From: Candidatus Latescibacterota bacterium | Lineage (GTDB): Bacteria > Latescibacterota > UBA2968 | DNA length: 64,000 nt | Direction of reading: 5' to 3' | NCBI GenBank assembly: GCA_965204375.1 | Contig: OZ241986.1 | Coordinates: 6,208,001 to 6,272,000, forward strand | Shown: piece after piece, positions 58,649 through 64,000 of the stretch | Numbering within the stretch: the stretch's first letter is position 1 | Layout: every line of letters begins with the position of its first letter | The notes under the pieces: generated by a model | Database searches by the model: none | The model's input: only the letters and a program-made list of their open reading frames with translations | Told to the model about the DNA's origin: nothing | Program-made: the position numbers and the translations under genes

Positions 58649-60091
58649 TCAGTACATATTGTCTTTTGTCGTGATCGGACACCAGCGAGAATTGAATAGG
58701 GTGTGGAATAATATATCTCGTGCAGCAGGTGTGCCGATTTGTTTCAGCAGATATGCAGCGTAAAATCGATTGTAGCGGTTTTCGTCTTCGAGCATTGTCG
58801 CCAGTGCTTCAACTGCAATATTACCCGATTCTCCGAATTTTGCGAGGGTGAGGGCTGCGTTGCGGCGCACGCGATAGTCTTCATCGCCGAGTGCCTGCGT
58901 CAGATCAGAGCGTAGCTCCGGAGAAAGATCACCGATTGCGCCCAGTGCTTCGATCGCATTGCGGCGTACCCACCAGTGATTGTCTTTCATCGCGTTTTTC
59001 AAAGCGGGTGCAGATGCAATGGCGTTTGATCCGATATGTCCCAATACATTGGCTGCAACCGCTCGTATCCACCAGTGATTGTCTGATAATGTTTCTGTGA
59101 GGGCGGCTACTGCGGGTTCTCCTATGAATGAGAGGGATAGTGCCGCGCATCCACTCGTGGGATTTGTTCCATGGGCATTGTCCGGTGTTTTGGCTTCTGT
59201 TTCCTCTATTGTCGCGAGTGTTTCCTCTCGCATGGCGGCGATGAGTTCGGGTACGGCTGCCGCGCCAAATTCAGCGAGTTTATACGTTGCGTCCAATCGT
59301 TCACATTCCGATCCATTCTTCAGGACGCGAATCAAATTTTTTAGATTGCTCTCTGGTGTTTCGCGTTCTTTTTGTGCGTTTCCGCACATCCAGTTCCATA
59401 CGTCTTTTGATATGGCTGGATGCCGATCTTCAATGCCCGGAGACCACGCGCGGCTCTGGTGATTCCATGTGGGTTTTTGCGGTTCTTGTGTGCGCGCAAA
59501 TTGGAATTTCAGCATGTACCGATTTTTAGTGCTTATATTTTCGGTTGCGCGGTGCCAGGAGTCGAAGTGGATTAGAGCTATGGTGCCCGCAGGTCCGCAA
59601 AATGCGCGTTCTTTTTCTTTCGTTTGTGCGGGATCTACATCGCTGATGGTTTTGTATATTTGCATGCCGGGCAATACGCCCGAAGGTCCCATGTCCTCAG
59701 TTGTGTCCTGTGGAAAATAAAAAGCGAGCAACCAGTAGAATCTCGGGTGCCGCAAATTGTGATCATATACATAACAGTCTTTGTGCCATCGCTGTCCGTT
59801 TCGCCCCGGGGGATTCAAATGACAGTGTCGATGGGGATTCAAAATGTATCCCGGTCCGAGTAAGCTGGTGAGTGCCCCTTTTACGTTGGGGTGTTCAAAC
59901 ACCTGCCCGATTTGCGGTATTCGGGGCAAGATGTTATTGCCGGGGTTGCCCTCCTTTTCAAAGACTGTCTCTATCTGGTCGTAGATATTCGCGTGGAATG
60001 AGGGCGGATAATCCGCGTGAACTGTCATGCATCCATCTACGATAAATCTCTGTACCTCTTCATCGGTTAATAACCGCATTGGGTCAGCCAT
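58649..60091 (-). CDS. Phytanoyl-CoA dioxygenase (PhyH) family + HEAT repeats
   Basis: WHKD (HxD), DSWH; C-terminal L.D..WWVR..A..ALG repeats. Confidence 0.85.
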   Translation of the reverse strand: MADPMRLLTDEEVQRFIVDGCMTVHADYPPSFHANIYDQIETVFEKEGNPGNNILPRIPQIGQVFEHPNVKGALTSLLGPGYILNPHRHCHLNPPGRNGQRWHKDCYVYDHNLRHPRFYWLLAFYFPQDTTEDMGPSGVLPGMQIYKTISDVDPAQTKEKERAFCGPAGTIALIHFDSWHRATENISTKNRYMLKFQFARTQEPQKPTWNHQSRAWSPGIEDRHPAISKDVWNWMCGNAQKERETPESNLKNLIRVLKNGSECERLDATYKLAEFGAAAVPELIAAMREETLATIEETEAKTPDNAHGTNPTSGCAALSLSFIGEPAVAALTETLSDNHWWIRAVAANVLGHIGSNAIASAPALKNAMKDNHWWVRRNAIEALGAIGDLSPELRSDLTQALGDEDYRVRRNAALTLAKFGESGNIAVEALATMLEDENRYNRFYAAYLLKQIGTPAARDILFHTLFNSRWCPITTKDNMY

Positions 60092-60101
60092 GGGGTCCTC
60101 C

Positions 60102-60962
60102 TTAACCAAAAATTTCCACAAATTTCGCAACGCTCGCCCTGAACCCGTCTTCAAATGTACCGCCTTCGGGGCGATAGACGCTTTCGTAAGAGATTGCGCC
60201 CGCATATCCATCGCGTTTGAGCGCGTTTGCTATGGGTTCCAGGTATGGTCCCACAGCGCCTTCGCCCAGGGGATAGAATCCAACGGTCGCACGCGCTATA
60301 TCGGCTTTTGCGTCTTTGATGTGAATATGGCCGATATAATCGCGAATTTCATTGTAGGCATCGGGAAAGGGGATATCCGTACAGTACATTGTGTTGGGAA
60401 TATCCCATAGCAGTTTGAGGTGGGAGCTACCCAATTCGTCGATCAACTTTCTCGCCAGAAATCCCGATGTTATCATGGCATTATTGCCCGTTTCAACGAC
60501 GAGTGTTATGCCTTCTTCTTCGGCTATTTGAACGGGTACAGCCATTAGCTTCACCAGTTTATCCCACGCACCAGCCGTTACAATCCAATCTTCCGCGCCG
60601 TTGTACCCAAATAGTATCATTTCTTTTTTGCAACTCATAATTCTGACAATATTTGTTCCGAGGGTTTTTGCAAGGTCAATGCACCGCCGCAATCCCAATA
60701 CGTGATCCTCAAATACAGCATCTCCTATTTCGGTTTGCAATACGGGCAAGCCGCCAAAGTTGTGCCGCGAGATGCATGAGACTTCCATGTCGTGCTGATT
60801 GAGTAGTGTCTTTATACGCGCCACTTGCCCGGCGTCGTGATCCCCTACTTCCCGATCCCATACAAACTGGAGTTCTGGATATCTCAGATCGTATTCCGCC
60901 ATGACATTCAACGCGTGTTCAAAATCCCTGCTGATTCCATCTGTAATTACACCGAGTTTCAC
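60102..60962 (-). CDS. Sugar phosphate isomerase/epimerase (TIM barrel)
   Basis: GVITDGIS, WD.PN, HIHIKD, G.G.V, GY.G.ISYE. Confidence 0.87.
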   Translation of the reverse strand: MKLGVITDGISRDFEHALNVMAEYDLRYPELQFVWDREVGDHDAGQVARIKTLLNQHDMEVSCISRHNFGGLPVLQTEIGDAVFEDHVLGLRRCIDLAKTLGTNIVRIMSCKKEMILFGYNGAEDWIVTAGAWDKLVKLMAVPVQIAEEEGITLVVETGNNAMITSGFLARKLIDELGSSHLKLLWDIPNTMYCTDIPFPDAYNEIRDYIGHIHIKDAKADIARATVGFYPLGEGAVGPYLEPIANALKRDGYAGAISYESVYRPEGGTFEDGFRASVAKFVEIFG

Positions 60963-61113
60963 AAATAAGCTCCAAAGTTAGCGGTCAGCGATCAGCCCAC
61001 CCCGCTCTCAACCGTCAGTTAGTCCCCACTCCCCATCTCATCTTTGTTTTACCTTACCGATAGGCGGGCGACCACAGGGGGGCGTCCCTACGGAAGATTA
61101 TCCTTCATACTTC

Positions 61114-62001
61114 TCACTTCACACTTCTGACTTCAATCCCCAGCATGTTTTCAAAAATTTTGATGATGGCCCAGTTCGCTTCTTCGGGGTTTACGCTGAT
61201 GCCCGCTTGAAACCATTCCGCAGCCGATGAGAGTGTGAACAGTGGTACGCCACATTCGCGTCCCAGTGTTTTTGCGATTCCGAGGTCTTTGTACATTGTG
61301 CCAATACGGCTTTGTCCTACAAAATTTCGTTCCATGATGTTTTGCGTTGTGTCTCGAAACAAAAAGCTGCCGACCACACTCGTGTTGATGACTTCGTAGA
61401 GGGTTTCGGGTTTTACGCCGGCTTTTACGCCCAGTGATAGGGTTTCGAAGATGCCCGCATAGGTTACGCCTGTCAAGACGGCCAGACACGCTTTCACGGT
61501 TTGTCCGGCTCCGATTTCTTCACCGACGTGGTAGATATTTTCTCCGACTGCGTTGAGAACTTCTGTGGCGTCTTCAAAAACATCCCGCTGTGCCGCTACC
61601 ATCATGGTCAGTGTGCCAGCCGCTGCGCCGGGTGCGCCACCGCTTACCGGGGCGTCTATGACGCGAATCTCTCTCTCTTTTAAGGATTGCGCGATTTCGA
61701 CCAATTCCGACCGCAATATGGTTGCTGTGCAGATAAATGTCGATCCCGGTTTCATGCTGTTCAACAAGCCATTGTTTAAGATCGCCTTAATTTGATCGCC
61801 GTTCATGACCATGACGAACACGAAGTCTGCGTGTTCGCCTACTTCACCAACATTTTTGGCTGCATAAGCGCCCCGCTCGACATAAGGTTCCAATTGTTCA
61901 GGGCGCAAATCATACACGACAAGCTCATGGCCATTCTTCAAGATGTTCGCAGCCATCCCACTGCCCATATCTCCGACACCGATCAACCCAACACGCGCCA
62001 T
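61114..62001 (-). CDS. Beta-hydroxyacid dehydrogenase (3-hydroxyisobutyrate/L-threonate DH family)
   Basis: GLIGVGDMGSGMA, DAPVSGG, G.GQTVK, KDLG. Confidence 0.9.
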   Translation of the reverse strand: MARVGLIGVGDMGSGMAANILKNGHELVVYDLRPEQLEPYVERGAYAAKNVGEVGEHADFVFVMVMNGDQIKAILNNGLLNSMKPGSTFICTATILRSELVEIAQSLKEREIRVIDAPVSGGAPGAAAGTLTMMVAAQRDVFEDATEVLNAVGENIYHVGEEIGAGQTVKACLAVLTGVTYAGIFETLSLGVKAGVKPETLYEVINTSVVGSFLFRDTTQNIMERNFVGQSRIGTMYKDLGIAKTLGRECGVPLFTLSSAAEWFQAGISVNPEEANWAIIKIFENMLGIEVRSVK

Positions 62002-62092
62002 GTTTTTTTCCTTTCGCATCTAAATTTAGTTTGCTAATTAACAATAAACTACTAAACTTCATTGGTCAAACTTACACTTCGGGAGGCTTACA

Positions 62093-62971
62093 ATGGACAA
62101 TATACATCTGAGGTGGTGGGGGTGTGGTGCTTTCGACATTCTCTCGGGAGATGTCAATATCGCCATTGATCCGTATCTTTTCGGTGATAATCTAAAAGAG
62201 GCTGAACCTATTTACGACTATATTTTTATTAGCCACGAGCATTTTGATCACTGTCATCCCAAAACCCTGACGAAATTGTGTCGGGGGGATCGCTTCAAGA
62301 AACTCTTTGTCAATATCGGTTGTATGACGCCAAACGAACCTGTTGACGAAAATTATGGCGATGCGGCTTTTTCTCGGGATCTGCCCATTAGCAAGCATAT
62401 ACCCGAGGAAAAAATTCAGGTGCTCTACCCCAAATATCGCACCGATGACGTGCGCACTTTCCCCGGTCCTTTTTCGTGCGATCTGGGCGCTGTGCAGGTA
62501 GAAGCTGTTGAAAGTGGTGAAAATGCGCGGCCCGATTTACCCACCTGTGGTTATTTAATCACATATATCGAGAAAGATATTTCGTTCTACCATACCGGCG
62601 ATCTTCACGCGACCTATCCCGCACTCGGCAATATAGAGGGCCGCGTGGATTATCTCATTCATATGAAAACGGGGCTGAAGAACTGGCCTGTTTTTTCAAG
62701 TCTTCTCGATCTCGTGCAGCCCCGATTTTTGATTCCAACCCATTATCGAACGGATCGCAAAACTGATCCTGTTCCCGAAGGACATTGGCCTCCCGATGTT
62801 ACGGATGTGAATGCTTTTATCGAGAGTATCCGTGAGCACGCCGGCGACCGAACCCAAATTTTGCCCTTCACTGCTGGCGTCCAGTACGAGATTGAATTGC
62901 CCGAGAAAAAAGTTGTGTGGGCGTGGGATTGGCACAATACATGGACTGTGCCCCCGTGGCGAGAGGGATAG
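62093..62971 (+). CDS. MBL-fold metallo-hydrolase (UlaG-like)
   Basis: IDPY, SHEHFDH, YHTGD, IPTHY. Confidence 0.85.
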   Translation: MDNIHLRWWGCGAFDILSGDVNIAIDPYLFGDNLKEAEPIYDYIFISHEHFDHCHPKTLTKLCRGDRFKKLFVNIGCMTPNEPVDENYGDAAFSRDLPISKHIPEEKIQVLYPKYRTDDVRTFPGPFSCDLGAVQVEAVESGENARPDLPTCGYLITYIEKDISFYHTGDLHATYPALGNIEGRVDYLIHMKTGLKNWPVFSSLLDLVQPRFLIPTHYRTDRKTDPVPEGHWPPDVTDVNAFIESIREHAGDRTQILPFTAGVQYEIELPEKKVVWAWDWHNTWTVPPWREG

Positions 62972-62981
62972 ATATCTGGTT

Positions 62982-63746
62982 TTACACGCGATCTTTCAAC
63001 TGATATGCGATCGCGTAAAATGCCATTGAGTTGCCCGTGCGATTTGGCTCGCTGCGATGCCAGGTGTAATTTGTGAAGAAGAGGCCGTCGCCCGTTTTCA
63101 TTTCGACCAGGACTTCATCGGAGTAATCAATCTGACCCAGGGGGATGCGGTGGCGCTTAAAAGGTTCATGGGTTTCGTCGCCATTCTCACGGGATTTTCT
63201 GAACATCGGCGGGTCGTCGTAATAAGATTCGTGTGGTACGAGTTCCCAGCCGATATGGCTGCGCGGCATGACCGATAATGCGATGGCGTTCTTTCCGACT
63301 TCTTGCATCGGGATCCAGCAGTTGCAACCCAATTCGGGATCGATTTTCCAGTACCATGAATCCTGATGAAAATAACTGCATCCACCTTGCTCAGTGTCAA
63401 TCCAGCCGTGTTTAACCCCTATCTGATCTGTGAAGAGTTCTACGTCGCCGCCCAAAACTCCCGCCATCGCATTTGCCATATTGCCGTGTTCTGCGATCTT
63501 GGCAAATACTGCTTCTTCCAGGCCCGGACGTTGAATGCCCTTGGGCACTGGTTCGCCTGAAGAGGCGCGGTATATTTCGGGATTGAGGACTTGAAATCTG
63601 CCCTTTTTCCAATCGGGTGGATGATCTACTATTTCCCGTACTCGCGCCCAGGCGTCTGCCATGAGTTCGGCGGGGATCAATCCCTCCACATGGCAGTATC
63701 CTTCTTCTCGATACTGTTGGATATGTTGTTCGGTGACTGTGCTCAT
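62982..63746 (-). CDS. Phytanoyl-CoA dioxygenase (PhyH) family
   Basis: YREEGY, FHQDSWYW, WHRSEPN. Confidence 0.88.
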   Translation of the reverse strand: MSTVTEQHIQQYREEGYCHVEGLIPAELMADAWARVREIVDHPPDWKKGRFQVLNPEIYRASSGEPVPKGIQRPGLEEAVFAKIAEHGNMANAMAGVLGGDVELFTDQIGVKHGWIDTEQGGCSYFHQDSWYWKIDPELGCNCWIPMQEVGKNAIALSVMPRSHIGWELVPHESYYDDPPMFRKSRENGDETHEPFKRHRIPLGQIDYSDEVLVEMKTGDGLFFTNYTWHRSEPNRTGNSMAFYAIAYQLKDRV

Positions 63747-63757
63747 TCTTTTCCCTT

Positions 63758-64000
63758 TCAGTCGCTTATCCAGTGTCGGAACAGGGGTTTCACGTTTTCT
63801 GGCAATTCCTCGTAAACACGGCGGGGTACAGGTTCTTGATCGTTGTCGGTCAATCCGGTTTCATCCACCATCATTTTGCGTTCTTCAGATCCCGGCATCA
63901 ATACGCGCGTGTTCAACCACCAGGGGGCATAGCGAACGACAACTGATACCCGGTCCTTTTGAGATTGATTGGGGGCGGTTGCGTGCCATATCCGGCTGTC
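63758..64000 (-). CDS. C-terminal part of a PhyH-family dioxygenase (starts beyond the window)
   Basis: Reads DSRIWHATAPNQSQKDRVSVVVRYAPWW...LFRHWISD*. Confidence 0.7.
   Translation of the reverse strand, partial: DSRIWHATAPNQSQKDRVSVVVRYAPWWLNTRVLMPGSEERKMMVDETGLTDNDQEPVPRRVYEELPENVKPLFRHWISD

Overview
Bacterial chromosomal window. Sulfatases, PhyH dioxygenases, Gfo/Idh/MocA oxidoreductases, WD40/LRR/YWTD proteins with a dockerin/EF-hand-like motif and PorV-like barrels suggest an FCB-group organism such as a Latescibacterota-like sponge symbiont; this is inference only. The flanks (1-21 kb and 46-64 kb) hold mostly catabolic enzymes plus a long + strand run: two membrane-anchored CutA-like genes, alpha-2-macroglobulin, pbpC, an APH(6)-like kinase, a sulfatase and a GAF histidine kinase with a sigma-54 response regulator. 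The centre (about 20.95-46.2 kb) is the notable part. It consists of two homologous blocks, each starting with the same terminator, tandem palindromic enhancer and perfect sigma-54 promoter. Together they carry seven intact paralogs, plus remnants, of an unnamed secreted family built from a signal peptide, shuffled Sm-like modules, a hypervariable Gly-rich hydrophobic hairpin and a constant C-terminal beta-signal (LNLSVAPTSTKGLRAALTFNF). These are interleaved with three PorV-like barrels, two metzincin-WD40-LRR proteins, small beta-barrels and two lipid-related genes. Both blocks contain a conserved, switch-like structured leader with a 154-bp identical core. An AlbA_2/Schlafen-domain gene and a complete IS (15-bp TIRs, 6-bp TSD) separate the blocks. 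All coordinates and alignments were read by eye.
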